Shown here piece by piece: positions 46,277 to 57,396 of a stretch of DNA of 64,000 bases (position 1 is the stretch's first letter; every line of letters begins with the position of its first letter). Source of the DNA: Pseudomonas phage BRkr. The stretch is taken from sequence record LC765218.1; one strand, given 5' to 3'. The position numbers and the translations under genes were made by a program. The notes under the pieces were generated by a model that worked only from the letters and a program-made list of their open reading frames with translations, was not told the origin of the DNA and ran no database searches.

Positions 46277-47710
46277 ATGCTACGATCCATTCATAAATAC
46301 GTCGGTTCTCTAGAAGAATTCAAAGAAGAACCGATTACTCCAGAAGTTGCTGCTGTTGCAGAAGCTCCTTTGGAAACACAAGAAGTAGAAGTCATCGAAG
46401 CACCGACCAATGTGGTCGATGAGGCTCCTGTTGAATTACCCGTTCCGACACCTGTACCCGAAATTGGTGCAGTTGGTACCGATACTGTTGTAGAAACCGA
46501 GCCGGTTGAAGTACCTGCTGAGATTGCTCCTATCGAAGGTCCAGTTGACGTTACTGAAGCTGTTGGTGAAATCGATGCTGTATCGCATGCTCACGTTGAA
46601 AAAGAAATCCTTGAACAACGTGCAGATGAACTGATTGAAACGCAACATGCCCTTGAAGCGTATTCTGGTCTACTGCGTCAAGCTCGTGGGGAGATTTCTC
46701 AACAGACGGCAGCATTCCTTCGTGTTGGTATTAAACAAGCTGAACGTGTTCTTGGTACTAATCAAGTATCCACAGGACTTGAAAACTATAATGCCGGCGA
46801 ACGTTCTGATATTCTTCGTGCAGAAATTTCTGTAGAAGATATTAAAGAATACGCCAACAAGGCATTTGAGAAACTGAAAGAAATCATCGAGAAGATCATT
46901 GACGCCATTATTGGTGGTATCGATAATCTGATGAACGGTATCTCCAAAGCAGATAAAGTTGTCACTCAACTCGAAGAGATTCTTGCTTCTGGTGGTAATC
47001 TCTGGACCGGTACAGGTAAGACCTTTGTTCTTAACAATCCGGCACCTGTCTTTGCGAATGGTAAATCCAAACTTGGTGATACCAAAGTTCTCAGTGGTCT
47101 AGCTCATTTCTCGGCTTACGTATACCCGGCCGCTGTTAAGAAATACTACGAGAACCTTGCTAAACTTATTAGCGGTTATAACGTAGTTAAAGGTGATGGC
47201 GAAGAGATGTCGGAGAAGTTGTACAAAGCTACCGCTCCTCTTGATGACATCTACGGTGCAAACTACGATATCTTCCCTGGTAACATGCGTGTTGAACTTC
47301 AAGCAGACGGTATCGTTTACGGTATTGGTCCAGCCACTTCTGCCAAAGAAGCACCGGCGGAATTTGAAGTTAAAGTATCCAGTCCAAGTACTCTGCGTAC
47401 CAATACGAAACGCCTTCGCGATATCATCGAGATTCTGAAAGCAGCTCGCGATGAACACGTTAAGATCAAAGAAGGTGCTGAAGCCCTTAAGAAAGCAGTT
47501 AGTAAAATCGAAGATCAGCTTAACAATGAAGATCTCGACGATGCATCTAAAGCTGCTGCTCGAAAAGTAACTCAGACTGCACTGGAACTGATTCGTGAAT
47601 CCAACCCGCGTTCTCGTGAAATCATCCGGTATGTAACCCGTACTGTTGTTGCATACGCTTCTGTTTATATTCAAGAAGCTAAGCTGCATAAAGAGCCGGC
47701 TAAAGACTAA
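46277..47710 (+). CDS. Paralogous acidic virion-protein family member 4
   Basis: The N-terminus MLRSIHKYVGSLEEFKEE parallels MLKNIHKYITSLEDFAES of 48976-51510. Carries the motif ALEAYSGLLRQARGEISQQTAAFLRVGIKQAERVLG. Confidence 0.65.
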   Translation: MLRSIHKYVGSLEEFKEEPITPEVAAVAEAPLETQEVEVIEAPTNVVDEAPVELPVPTPVPEIGAVGTDTVVETEPVEVPAEIAPIEGPVDVTEAVGEIDAVSHAHVEKEILEQRADELIETQHALEAYSGLLRQARGEISQQTAAFLRVGIKQAERVLGTNQVSTGLENYNAGERSDILRAEISVEDIKEYANKAFEKLKEIIEKIIDAIIGGIDNLMNGISKADKVVTQLEEILASGGNLWTGTGKTFVLNNPAPVFANGKSKLGDTKVLSGLAHFSAYVYPAAVKKYYENLAKLISGYNVVKGDGEEMSEKLYKATAPLDDIYGANYDIFPGNMRVELQADGIVYGIGPATSAKEAPAEFEVKVSSPSTLRTNTKRLRDIIEILKAARDEHVKIKEGAEALKKAVSKIEDQLNNEDLDDASKAAARKVTQTALELIRESNPRSREIIRYVTRTVVAYASVYIQEAKLHKEPAKD

Positions 47711-47716
47711 GACATA

Positions 47717-47740
47717 GACGGGGCTCTTCGGAGTCCCGTC
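47717..47740 (+). terminator. Class-B terminator GACGGGGCTC-TTCG-GAGTCCCGTC + TTATGTTCAGGAG (preceded by AGACATA)
   Basis: 10-bp stem with one G-U pair. UUCG loop. Confidence 0.65.
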
Positions 47741-47759
47741 TTATGTTCAGGAGTTAACA

Positions 47760-48881
47760 ATGGAAACAGAAAATATTCCCCTAGATGTGGAATCTAATCC
47801 ACCCGAGGAAATCGTCGTATTCGATGACTCCCCTGCGGCATTGAGTGCGCTACTTGAGAAAGATGAAGTTACTGCTAATCGTATTCTTGATCTAATTGGT
47901 GGTTTTGAAAATTATCCAATGTTTGAAAGAGAATCACATCTACTAGATCTCGGTTGTGAAGATTTCAAAGGAACCGTTGTAGGTATTCTTGATAAAGTCA
48001 TTGCATTTCTAAATCGAATTATGGAAGATATGTTCGATGGTAGTCTAGCTTTATCTCTAGCATTTGACAATATCCTTCTTCGAGTAGAAGAACTTAATAC
48101 GTTAACACGTACTACTGCACGCCGTTCAAAGGAACCGACCTTTGATGTGACTACTCGAATTCAAAATCTTTGTGTTCGTTATAAAGCCATCAATGAAGTA
48201 CAGGGATTGATTGCAAACCTAAAGAACCTTGAGCAAATTGGGAAACAGTTCTTTGATTACAATAATGAAGAACTTATTCGTGCAGCATTCCATATCCCAC
48301 AGCGCATTACAACCGCTGAGGAATTAAATAAACTCGTTGAAACAATCATGTTATCCAACCCGGTTAAAATGGTTTCTTCTAATCCACTTTATAGTCATCG
48401 TGGATATCGGCATGAGTCTCTTCACCTGATGGGTAATTATCAGGTCGTAGTTCTTGACAAATCGCCAGAAGCAACTGGTATAGATCGAATGTTGGGTATC
48501 AGTGTTAAACTAGATAACTCTGAACGTGATCCTTTGCCCCTTCCAGATTTAATTAAATTTCAACATTTCTCTGGACCTGTACAGATTACTGTATTGCGCC
48601 AAGTAGAGAAGATGGCCGAGATGTTTAACCGTGCAAGTGGTATGAGTATCCGTCATCGTCGGAAAGAACGTATTCGATCAATGTTGAATATTGTCAAAGG
48701 TATTCGTAATCAGATTGTCAATGATCAAGTTGAGGGCGCAGATGAAGCAATTCTACGTCAGTTTGTTGAAGTACTTGAGCGCTACATTGATTGGCTTGCT
48801 AATCCTTACTTGGGTATCTTGGCTCTTGCCGGGCGTAATCTTAACGCTGTTCTTAATGTATGTCGTTCCAATATTAAGTAG
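47760..48881 (+). CDS. Hypothetical protein in the paralog array (weak family resemblance)
   Basis: 373-aa ORF with RBS AGGAG. Hairpin plus TTATGTT lies 18 nt upstream. Confidence 0.6.
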   Translation: METENIPLDVESNPPEEIVVFDDSPAALSALLEKDEVTANRILDLIGGFENYPMFERESHLLDLGCEDFKGTVVGILDKVIAFLNRIMEDMFDGSLALSLAFDNILLRVEELNTLTRTTARRSKEPTFDVTTRIQNLCVRYKAINEVQGLIANLKNLEQIGKQFFDYNNEELIRAAFHIPQRITTAEELNKLVETIMLSNPVKMVSSNPLYSHRGYRHESLHLMGNYQVVVLDKSPEATGIDRMLGISVKLDNSERDPLPLPDLIKFQHFSGPVQITVLRQVEKMAEMFNRASGMSIRHRRKERIRSMLNIVKGIRNQIVNDQVEGADEAILRQFVEVLERYIDWLANPYLGILALAGRNLNAVLNVCRSNIK

Positions 48882-48975
48882 GCCTTGGCGTTCAATAATC
48901 TGAAACAGTGTTTCGTCCATGAGTAGCGTTTAGGACGAATAACGCTACTCGTATTCTGTACAGAAGGTAAACAAC

Positions 48976-51510
48976 ATGTTGAAGAACATTCACAAATATA
49001 TCACCAGTCTTGAAGACTTCGCTGAGAGCTCCACCGAAGTTGAAGATAAGCCTGTTGAAACTGTAGATGCTACTAATGTAGAAGCATCCGCAGAACCGGA
49101 AAGCGATGTAGTTGAAGCAGGCGATGAACTTGCGCAAGCTACCCCCACTGAAGAAGTAAAACCCGATGGTGATCTGGAAACGGTAGAAGAACCTCTTGCT
49201 GGTGAAACCAGTGAAGAGCCGTCTGGTATTCCAGAACCTATGGCTACTACCAATGAATCTGCGGCTGAGGCCGCTGCTGCTCAAGCTGAAGAAGCACAAG
49301 CTGCCGAAGTGAAAGAACTCACTGAACAGGCCGAACAGATTCAAGCAACCCAACAGGAAACTGTTGAAGCAGCCGCGGCAGATGCTGAGGCCATCGAAGC
49401 CAACGAGACAGATGTAAATGGTAACACTGTACCTGCTGAAGATACTACTGGTGAACAAAACGTAGATATCACTAATAGCGGCGGTGCTGGTGAAACCGAA
49501 CTGACTAACGATGTTGAATCTCTTGATACCGAAACTACTGTCGATGACGGTGGTGAAACTGCTACCGCTGATACCATCGGTGAAGAACCGGAAACCCCGG
49601 TTGAAGAAGTAGAAGAGACTTCGGAAGCAGAGATTGAAGAAGTAGCTGATGTCAGTGATGCTGCCCCTGAACTCGACAACACTGAGCCGGCCACTGTAGA
49701 AGGTGGTGAAACTCAGGGTGGTGATGAAGAACTACCTGAGTTAGAACCGGAAGCTCAAACCGAAGCAAATGATCAGGTGGATGGTGTTTCTACCCCTGAA
49801 GTTGAAGAAGGCGCTGACGAAGTCACCGTACCCGAAGTCGAAGAGTCTATCGCGGAAACTACCGAAGAAGAAGTTTCTGAAGATGTAGCTGAAACGGAAG
49901 AAGTCAACGAAGAAATCGCTGAAGATTCCACTGATGATATTCCAGCTGAAGAAACTCCAGTTGAAGAACAAGTGACTGAAACTGAAGAATCTACTGTGGA
50001 AGAAATTCCAGCAGAGGAAGAACCAGTAGTCGAGGAAACTGAAGTCGAAGAAGAAACACCGGCGGAAGTGGAAGAAACTCCTGAAGAAGACATCGTCAAC
50101 GAAGAGGAAACTCCTGTTGAGACAGAAGCGGAGGTTGTAGATGAACAAGTCGAAGATCAATCCGAGTCTACCGATGAGACTACAGATGTCGCTGAAGACG
50201 AACCAGTCCTCGAAGAGATCGAAGAAGACGAACCCGATGGAGAAATCGATGATGACGGTGAAGCTAACTTCGATGAAGGTGAACTGGATATCGAGGACGT
50301 TGACACTGATGTCACTGAAGACGATGTAGCCGAAGCCGTAAAAGAAGCCGATGAGGCCGAAGAAGAAGCCGATGCTGATGAAGAGGAAGCGATTGATGCC
50401 AGTCGTACAATCGAAGATCTTCAGAAAGAGAAGGAGTCTGTAGAAGGCTTCATGGAGATTCTGAAATATGGTCTCTCTCAAGAAAGCTATAGTGTTCAAA
50501 CTCTTATCCTGAGTCAAGTTAAACTTGATGAACTCAAGAAAGCATTTGGTGACTATGCTCCTTCCGTTCCTTCGATGGAGCAATATGGTAAAGAAGATCT
50601 CGATAAGTACTATGCTGCTAGTCTTGAGTCTTTCCGCGGTTTCCTTAGTCGTATTACCGGTCTGAAGCGTGCACTGAACGAGAAGTTGATTAAATGGTGG
50701 GAAGGTCCCCTCGTTACTAAAGTTAAGAAGCGTTCTCAAGCACTTAACAAAGATGTCGACCTTGCTCTGACTAAACTTGGTAAGTCCAATATCGGGCGTG
50801 AAACCGTTAAAGGTATTTCTAGCGATATGGCCACCAAAGAAACTAACCTCGTGCAAGCTGTTGCAAAAGATCTTCGTGTCACTTCCGAGATCGCTGTTAA
50901 GGGCGTTAAAGACTCTGAACGTGCACTGCAAGAAGTAGTAGGTGTCATCAACAAGGCTGTTACTGAAGGTGGTTACGATAAGACTGGTCCGCTAGTTAAG
51001 ACTGCTCTGAATATCAAACCTGCCAAGTATCCGGAAAACATGGCTAACGCTCTCATGGGTGGTTGGGCTATTGAATACGAGAAAGGCCCACGCGGTGGCG
51101 ATAGTAAGATCGAGGCTTTGGCATATACTCTGGTACCTGTCTTCAAGAAGATCAAAGTAGAGGATCGCCAAGTTAGTTTCGATGTGACCAAAGCTGATCT
51201 AGCGAACATGCTTAAGATGGCTAAGGCATACGTCGCCCTGGCTGATAAGCTTGCTGATTCCGTTGGTTCTAAAGCTATCGATGACATTATCAATCTCGAC
51301 GTTACACGCAACCGTGCATTGAGCACTGGCTCCAGTGAGTTCGATACTACTTCCCGTGCATCGGGTTGGGATGAACAAGCTGAGCTGGATGATCTGGCTA
51401 GTGCAATGCTGAAAGTGTCTTACGCGCATGTGGATGCGTATAAGTTCGTAACACAGCATGCTCTTGACGTGGCAGATGGTATTGTTAGTGTTGTTCGTAA
51501 AGCTCTGTAA
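48976..51510 (+). CDS. Paralogous acidic virion-protein family member 5 with ~400-aa hyper-acidic E/T/V/D/P-rich repeat tract
   Basis: 844-aa ORF. Residues ~20-440 are almost entirely acidic low-complexity repeats (…EETPVEEQVTETEESTVEEIPAEEEPVVEETEVEEETPAEVEETPEED…). The family domain follows. Several antisense ORFs through the repeat are artefacts. Confidence 0.65.
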   Translation: MLKNIHKYITSLEDFAESSTEVEDKPVETVDATNVEASAEPESDVVEAGDELAQATPTEEVKPDGDLETVEEPLAGETSEEPSGIPEPMATTNESAAEAAAAQAEEAQAAEVKELTEQAEQIQATQQETVEAAAADAEAIEANETDVNGNTVPAEDTTGEQNVDITNSGGAGETELTNDVESLDTETTVDDGGETATADTIGEEPETPVEEVEETSEAEIEEVADVSDAAPELDNTEPATVEGGETQGGDEELPELEPEAQTEANDQVDGVSTPEVEEGADEVTVPEVEESIAETTEEEVSEDVAETEEVNEEIAEDSTDDIPAEETPVEEQVTETEESTVEEIPAEEEPVVEETEVEEETPAEVEETPEEDIVNEEETPVETEAEVVDEQVEDQSESTDETTDVAEDEPVLEEIEEDEPDGEIDDDGEANFDEGELDIEDVDTDVTEDDVAEAVKEADEAEEEADADEEEAIDASRTIEDLQKEKESVEGFMEILKYGLSQESYSVQTLILSQVKLDELKKAFGDYAPSVPSMEQYGKEDLDKYYAASLESFRGFLSRITGLKRALNEKLIKWWEGPLVTKVKKRSQALNKDVDLALTKLGKSNIGRETVKGISSDMATKETNLVQAVAKDLRVTSEIAVKGVKDSERALQEVVGVINKAVTEGGYDKTGPLVKTALNIKPAKYPENMANALMGGWAIEYEKGPRGGDSKIEALAYTLVPVFKKIKVEDRQVSFDVTKADLANMLKMAKAYVALADKLADSVGSKAIDDIINLDVTRNRALSTGSSEFDTTSRASGWDEQAELDDLASAMLKVSYAHVDAYKFVTQHALDVADGIVSVVRKAL

Positions 51511-51523
51511 GTAACAACATATT

Positions 51524-51546
51524 GCCCTGCCCTAAAAAGGCAGGGC
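51524..51546 (+). terminator. Class-B terminator GCCCTGCC-CTAAAAA-GGCAGGGC + TTTATGCCGGATCTTATG (preceded by AACAACATATT)
   Basis: Perfect 8-bp stem. Confidence 0.65.
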
Positions 51547-51588
51547 TTTATGCCGGATCTTATGATCTTAAACCATGAGGTGGTTACC

Positions 51589-53235
51589 ATGCCCCATGCA
51601 ATTATCCCCTTGCCAGACGTATACGAAACCGTAATGCGGAAGGTATCAGTCGATGCTATTCGACAAATTGCTACAATGATGCAGTTACCCGGTGCTACCC
51701 GAGTTTACCTACCTGGACGTGTCGATACCGTTCCTATGAACGACGGTATGTTTGGTAACTGTTGCGATGCAGCCGATGCTGTTCACTTTGACCCAGAAGA
51801 ACGTATTACAGTTGCATATGAAGAAATAGCCGAAGAGAACTTTACTCTTTCAACTGCGGTTTATAACAACGAGAACTTTCCTCTATTCGTTGATGATGTT
51901 CATGATATTACTATTCGACCGATTCGACGTTTTGTTGACTTCAGGATAGACATTGAATATCAGGCACCTAACGTGGTACTGGCTCAACGCTGGTTAGACG
52001 ATCAACGGATACGTTGTTCAGCCGGCGGTGCTGAGATGACAATGTCTCTAACGTATCACTATAATGTCCCTCCATCTCTTTTAGGTTTGATGAAAGGACT
52101 GTATGATACAATGCAGAAGTCAAACTGGCCAACCGATCTAACCTTCCGTGAGTGGATGGAGAAACATTGGTGCCAACCTCAAACCGAAATGGCTACCCTA
52201 GCAAGTACACATCCTACACTTTCTATATACGAACGTCAAGTTGATGTGGTCGGTTGGTTTGACTTTAGTACATCTCCAGATACGCCACAAAAGTCGTCTG
52301 ATAATGCTGGTGGATACACTGTTAATTTTAGCTATCTGTGTCGTTATGAACGACCTACGCATATGCGTGTTAACTATCCAATCCTAATGAACCAGTGTAC
52401 TATTCCTAAAGTATTCCGACCGGAGTATCGATATCAGAATTATCAAGCGGTTGATCGGAAGACTACATCTTTACGTGGAACATTAGATCATCAATTTCTC
52501 TTAATGCGAGATATGGGTCTACCTTATATCCAGCATCCAGATATCGATGATTGGCATACTGACCAAATTCCACCGCACCGCTTCACATTCTTTAATGGGT
52601 TGTTGTGCCTGAGTAAAGATGACCTGACATCACTGATGGACTTCAAGAACCTAGGTCGATTTACATTCAATCCATATTGGCTTGAGTTTATCCAGACTCT
52701 AGGAACAGCTGCAATCGCAGATGGCTCTTTCTTTGAAATCCGGTTGTACCAAAATAACGAGCGGTTACGTGTACCGATGACAATTGATCCTGGGACTACT
52801 CTTCTGAGAACAACCATCCCACTGGATCCTTTGAAGTACTACCACATTCAAATTAGTCTCTCTAAGAACTTCTATGGTATCCATGATAAGTACTGGGAGA
52901 TGATTCGTCGTTATCCAACTACCTGCTGGAGTCTGTTCCGGTTGTTCCGTGTTAGTATTGGTCGTAACCCGATCGAGAAAATGGAACTACTGGGTCTAAG
53001 TGGTCCTCGTCCAGAAGATCCCGATGCTCCAGGTGAAGGTACTACACCAATCACGTCTGACCTGCCTAATACGTTTAAGCGTGGTATCGTGAAATGGGGT
53101 GATATTGCTAAAGCTCGTGAAGAGCAAGACAAGATCATCGCAGAAGTTGGAGCCAGTGGTGGTTATATAGATCAACACAAAGTCGGTCCATTGAACGTAT
53201 TATTTTCGCACATTATTTCTGACATTAGGAGTTAA
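51589..53235 (+). CDS. Hypothetical (probable virion) protein
   Basis: The ORF-track start 51550 is the ATG inside the CTTTATGCCGG tail. The in-frame ATG at 51589 has RBS GAGGTGG 8 nt upstream and is preferred. Confidence 0.6.
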   Translation: MPHAIIPLPDVYETVMRKVSVDAIRQIATMMQLPGATRVYLPGRVDTVPMNDGMFGNCCDAADAVHFDPEERITVAYEEIAEENFTLSTAVYNNENFPLFVDDVHDITIRPIRRFVDFRIDIEYQAPNVVLAQRWLDDQRIRCSAGGAEMTMSLTYHYNVPPSLLGLMKGLYDTMQKSNWPTDLTFREWMEKHWCQPQTEMATLASTHPTLSIYERQVDVVGWFDFSTSPDTPQKSSDNAGGYTVNFSYLCRYERPTHMRVNYPILMNQCTIPKVFRPEYRYQNYQAVDRKTTSLRGTLDHQFLLMRDMGLPYIQHPDIDDWHTDQIPPHRFTFFNGLLCLSKDDLTSLMDFKNLGRFTFNPYWLEFIQTLGTAAIADGSFFEIRLYQNNERLRVPMTIDPGTTLLRTTIPLDPLKYYHIQISLSKNFYGIHDKYWEMIRRYPTTCWSLFRLFRVSIGRNPIEKMELLGLSGPRPEDPDAPGEGTTPITSDLPNTFKRGIVKWGDIAKAREEQDKIIAEVGASGGYIDQHKVGPLNVLFSHIISDIRS

Positions 53236-53237
53236 CG

Positions 53238-54644
53238 ATGTCTCTTTTTGTAGATGAGGAAGAAATTGCTCCTCAGAGTCCAGAAGTTAATCCTGTTACT
53301 GTCAAAGCACGCCCCGAGGTTTATCGGGGCATTGCCATTGATACAAAGTTCGTACCAAAAAGTTCGATGCTTGCATGGATAAATGGTTCTAACTGGAACG
53401 TAACGTATTTCTCACAAATTCTTGACGAAACTCAAGAACCAACTCCCCTGGTTCTCCATCGTCAACCACCATATCAACAATACCGTTGCATTAAAGGAAT
53501 GGATCTTAAGGTTAACCAGTCTTTAGATATTTCCCAAGATGAACGTATTCGTACATTCTCTGTTACTGGTGCCGGACACACATATCCGTTCCTCGTTCCT
53601 AACGTTGGAGATATGTTCATTGGTAACATTGGTGATGGTGTACTAGGTCTATTCACTATTACGGCGGCTCGTCGTGAAACATTCTTGCGTGATTCCACAT
53701 ACGCTATCGAATGGAAGATGGTGAGTAAACTTAATGAACAACAAGTAGAAGACCTTGAACGTAAGACTATAATCACTTACTATTATTCTGCAAGTTCTCT
53801 TACTAGTGGTTGTGGTCCGTTTGTTACTGAACAAGAACAACAAGATCAAAAAGATTTTGCTGCTCTTCGTAAAGAGATCATTCGGAGATACATTAGTGAT
53901 TTCTTCTCTGTTGAACATAGTACATTCCTGGTACCAGATCAGTTAATGAAAACCTATGACCATTTTGTAACTAAAGCGATGGTTATGATGGTTGACATGA
54001 AAACTGATCGACGGATGATGAATGTTAAGTTACTGAATGTAATGTCCGAACCTGTAATGAAGCAACCAACTATTTGGGATGCTATCTTACGTCAAGATGC
54101 TACCCGTCTTTGCGGTTCTACTGAACGTGCACATCTCGTAGCTACTAGAATCTCCCGCTGGCGGCCAGAACTACAGGCAATTGGTTATACCGGTATCCCT
54201 AGGTTCGTGTTCCCTATCGAGGGACCAACTGACGTGGATTCACAATACGATGGTGAAGACCGTGCTCGACCAGAAGGAATTCCGTTCCATGAAGGTCAAC
54301 CCCGTCGTCCTCAAATACCGTATAAGACGCAAGAAGAACGAAACAGCGAATGGTTTAAACGTGCTGATCCAGATGTCATAAAACAAGATGAAGCGTGGGA
54401 TCGCCCGGCTGACATCGCGCCCGTAGTTCGTGATAACTTCTATGTATTTACCGAAGCCTTTTATACGGAAGATGCCAAGCTCCAGACTAAACTGGAAATG
54501 TTAACTTGGCAAATGATCAATCGTCAACCTATGGACATGAACCAATTAAGAAAAGTGACGAAATGTTGCCTTTCGTGGGACAATTTGGAACGATTTTATT
54601 ATCACCCTGTCCTGATAGCACTACTTAAATACGCAACGAGGTAA
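53238..54644 (+). CDS. Hypothetical (probable virion) protein
   Basis: 468-aa ORF with RBS AGGAG, 3 nt after the upstream stop. Confidence 0.6.
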   Translation: MSLFVDEEEIAPQSPEVNPVTVKARPEVYRGIAIDTKFVPKSSMLAWINGSNWNVTYFSQILDETQEPTPLVLHRQPPYQQYRCIKGMDLKVNQSLDISQDERIRTFSVTGAGHTYPFLVPNVGDMFIGNIGDGVLGLFTITAARRETFLRDSTYAIEWKMVSKLNEQQVEDLERKTIITYYYSASSLTSGCGPFVTEQEQQDQKDFAALRKEIIRRYISDFFSVEHSTFLVPDQLMKTYDHFVTKAMVMMVDMKTDRRMMNVKLLNVMSEPVMKQPTIWDAILRQDATRLCGSTERAHLVATRISRWRPELQAIGYTGIPRFVFPIEGPTDVDSQYDGEDRARPEGIPFHEGQPRRPQIPYKTQEERNSEWFKRADPDVIKQDEAWDRPADIAPVVRDNFYVFTEAFYTEDAKLQTKLEMLTWQMINRQPMDMNQLRKVTKCCLSWDNLERFYYHPVLIALLKYATR

Positions 54645-54650
54645 TCTCCA

Positions 54651-55223
54651 ATGCAACTCTGTGAACGATATACTGCGGCATGGCGTTTGTTCCATCTTCG
54701 TTATGAAGTTGTTACACCAGATCTTGCAGCTTATAGCACTAACTATCTACGTAATAACCATATCAACGTAACGGGAGATCGACTAGTCGACCGTGAACGT
54801 GTATCGCAAATGTCCCGTGGTCAACAAACAGCCGCTGGTATTGCAATGATGATGGGTGAGGGGTATAGCGTAGGTCTCGTTAACTATAAAGACTGCGTGC
54901 AGATCTATGCTGACATCCAGAAACATCTGGGTGACTGGCGAGAACAAACTCTATTCCATGCACATCCAGCTGGTTTCCCACCTATTGAAGATCTTCGTCT
55001 TTTCGAAGCACTTGCTATTGAGGTTTATGAACTAGCGAAAAAGCTGGAACCGCGTGAAGACGTACGTAGTCAAATATTTGACTCGCTTGTGGCAATGAAC
55101 CGTCGTCGTAACTTGGCATCCACTAATAAGTGGTTGCAGGCACGTAGTGAAGTCGAAGGTAAATTAAAGCCATACGTTTCTATCGTAGATCAGATTGAAC
55201 GTTACATCGTGGAGGCTGAATAA
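54651..55223 (+). CDS. Hypothetical protein
   Basis: 190-aa ORF with RBS GAGG, same operon. Confidence 0.55.
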   Translation: MQLCERYTAAWRLFHLRYEVVTPDLAAYSTNYLRNNHINVTGDRLVDRERVSQMSRGQQTAAGIAMMMGEGYSVGLVNYKDCVQIYADIQKHLGDWREQTLFHAHPAGFPPIEDLRLFEALAIEVYELAKKLEPREDVRSQIFDSLVAMNRRRNLASTNKWLQARSEVEGKLKPYVSIVDQIERYIVEAE

Positions 55224-56608
55224 TGTCTGTCGATAGTACGCTTTTAATGCGTGAAGTCGAACAGGTTACCGAAATTGGTGAAAGCTATTCTAACTTCCGC
55301 AATGAGATTAAAATCCTTGCTAATAAAAAGTGGATTACTCCTGTACGTCTTGATTTTCTTTATTTGAATAGAGACTACGGGAGTGGTCAACTTGGTGATA
55401 TCAGAGAGGTTCAGTTCTTAATTGGTTATGGTGACTATGTCCATGATATCGTCCCTTATCGCGATAACCTACAAGTCGATGTATCTGAGATACCTCTACT
55501 GGAAGCAGTAGCTACACGTAACGTCGAACGGAAAGCAGTTACCAAACGTTACCGAGGGATTATTTCCGTTAGTGGTGACGATAACCCGGCCTTGTCAGGA
55601 AAGAACTCTAATCTTAAATCCAGAGAAGCGATGAACCAGATCGGATTGATAAGCGTACAGATGCAACTTGTGGATGAACTGACGTATAAACTGATGATGG
55701 TAACTTGTGGCACTACATATCGAGTTACGACCACAATGAATGCTCTTAAATCACTGTGGACGCAATTTGGGCAATTAGTGGGAGGCTCGGATAGCCAAAG
55801 ATTACTTGCCATCGATATCGCAGATGGATATAGTCAAGAAGAACGTAATCAGATTATCATCCCAGATGGAATGCCTTTGAAAGACGTTCATCGATTCTTC
55901 CAAGATAAAGAAGGAGGAATCTATTCTACGGGTATTGGACGTTATATACAAAATCAGGTTTTATTCTTGTATCCTCTTTACGATACAACTCGTTATGGAA
56001 AGAATACAAAAGTGCTAAACTTGATCAACGTTCCTAATGATCGGTACCAGGGTGCCGAGAAGACGTTTAGAAACACGATGCGCCATATCACAGTGTTAGC
56101 CACTGGCGATGCGACTTCACTTGACCAAGGACTCGCCGAGCAACTTCAGAATGGTAACTCTTTCCGATTTGGGGATGCTCGTAAAGTATTCCAAGACTTT
56201 GCAATTGACAAAGACAACAAAATGTTAGTTGATAGGGCTACTAACTTGTTCGAAGTCAAGATGAAGGATTTGGAAACAGGATTCAATAACGTTCGCTGGG
56301 CAAAAGATAGATTGACATCTAACCCTTTCAAGCAATATACGGATATGGCTAGAAAGCAAGGACAAGAGATCAAATTGGAATGGACACATGGTAATCCTGA
56401 TTTACTCTATCCGGGGATGCCTGTTAAATTTCAGACAATATCTGATAACCGAGTGAAAACATACCACGGCGTGTTATTAGGTGTAAACGAACAACGTAGA
56501 TCAGCTGACGCTGGGGCCACAGTCAATCGCCACGTCGGTAAAGTCACATTGGGCGTTTTCATTAATCGCTTCGAAGTAACAGAAGACGGTATAGAGCCCA
56601 CCCCGTAA
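55223..56608 (+). CDS. Hypothetical (probable virion) protein
   Basis: 461-aa ORF whose start overlaps the upstream stop (TAATG). A terminator hairpin encloses its stop codon. Confidence 0.6.
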   Translation: MSVDSTLLMREVEQVTEIGESYSNFRNEIKILANKKWITPVRLDFLYLNRDYGSGQLGDIREVQFLIGYGDYVHDIVPYRDNLQVDVSEIPLLEAVATRNVERKAVTKRYRGIISVSGDDNPALSGKNSNLKSREAMNQIGLISVQMQLVDELTYKLMMVTCGTTYRVTTTMNALKSLWTQFGQLVGGSDSQRLLAIDIADGYSQEERNQIIIPDGMPLKDVHRFFQDKEGGIYSTGIGRYIQNQVLFLYPLYDTTRYGKNTKVLNLINVPNDRYQGAEKTFRNTMRHITVLATGDATSLDQGLAEQLQNGNSFRFGDARKVFQDFAIDKDNKMLVDRATNLFEVKMKDLETGFNNVRWAKDRLTSNPFKQYTDMARKQGQEIKLEWTHGNPDLLYPGMPVKFQTISDNRVKTYHGVLLGVNEQRRSADAGATVNRHVGKVTLGVFINRFEVTEDGIEPTP

Positions 56609-56628
56609 TTGGGGTGGGTTTTTATTTA
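56596..56628 (+). terminator. Class-A terminator GCCCACCCC-GTAAT-TGGGGTGGG + TTTTTATTT
   Basis: The stop codon of 55223-56608 lies in the loop. U-run follows. Confidence 0.65.
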
Positions 56629-56639
56629 GGTAGGACCAT

Positions 56640-57071
56640 ATGCAGAACGTGTTCTTTCGTATTGACCACGTTTGGTCATACAACTTTATTGGATCTATAA
56701 AAGGATTCATCGATCTTTCAATAGATGTAGTAAACCACTTATACTCTTTAGCCACTGAGTATGTGAAACTACAGCACAACTTTATTTATAACCACAACGC
56801 TAAAGAGTTCAATAAAGGGTATCAATACATCCTTATGGAACTACAACGCTATCCAATCGATACAAGTTTCTTTGAAGGTAATTTCAAAGAACTATATAAC
56901 TTTCATCGATTAGCATTTAATAGCTTAAAAGGTGAAATCGAGACTATAAAGACATATTGCAACGACGAAGGGAATATAGAGGCGTTCATTATAGAACTTC
57001 GTGAGTGTCCACCTTGCATTCAAAGCATTTTAAACCCTATATCACAATTGGGAATAAACCAGTTATATTAG
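56640..57071 (+). CDS. Hypothetical protein
   Basis: 143-aa AT-rich ORF following the class-A terminator. Confidence 0.5.
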   Translation: MQNVFFRIDHVWSYNFIGSIKGFIDLSIDVVNHLYSLATEYVKLQHNFIYNHNAKEFNKGYQYILMELQRYPIDTSFFEGNFKELYNFHRLAFNSLKGEIETIKTYCNDEGNIEAFIIELRECPPCIQSILNPISQLGINQLY

Positions 57072-57078
57072 GTGCTTT

Positions 57079-57222
57079 ATGCAAGAACAAGCTAAGGAAG
57101 AAATGTTCCCGCGTTCCAATAAGAGTGATCCCAATGTCCCACCGAGCTGGGTTAAACTAGAGTATGTTGTAATCGTGTTCGTTATCTCTCTTGTTGCAAC
57201 AATCATTTTCAACGGCTTCTAA
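57079..57222 (+). CDS. Small membrane protein (47 aa), below ORF-track cutoff
   Basis: MQEQAKEEMFPRSNKSDPNVPPSWVKLEYVVIVFVISLVATIIFNGF carries one TM helix. Found by manual translation. Confidence 0.35.
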   Translation: MQEQAKEEMFPRSNKSDPNVPPSWVKLEYVVIVFVISLVATIIFNGF

Positions 57223-57231
57223 GGATAAACC

Positions 57232-57396
57232 ATGTTCTATGATCATAATAAACCTCACGAAGAAAACGAAAAGAGTCGTCGTGAGTACGCCCACAATCGT
57301 GAACTTATGCAATATGCAACCGCTGGTATTGCTTTAATAACCGCTGCAATTACCCTTACTATAGCGGTAAAAAAGGCAGTGAATGAGTTCACCTAA
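57232..57396 (+). CDS. Small membrane protein (54 aa), below ORF-track cutoff
   Basis: MFYDHNKPHEENEKSRREYAHNRELMQYATAGIALITAAITLTIAVKKAVNEFT. RBS AAGGA lies 6 nt upstream. One TM helix. Confidence 0.4.
   Translation: MFYDHNKPHEENEKSRREYAHNRELMQYATAGIALITAAITLTIAVKKAVNEFT

Noticed and set aside
49300-50400. Highly repetitive nucleotide tract, considered as possible CRISPR array or tandem repeat element
   Set aside because: The repeats are imperfect, in-frame codon repeats (GAA/GTT/ACT…) encoding the acidic protein tract. There is no repeat-spacer periodicity and no cas genes.
49741-50931. 396-aa minus-strand ORF and Ser/Thr-rich ORFs 49341-49694, 49773-50099, 50736-51326
   Set aside because: They are antisense read-through of the GAA/GAG-rich acidic repeat region of 48976-51510. 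TTC and CTC codons give Phe/Ser/Leu-rich junk with no stops.
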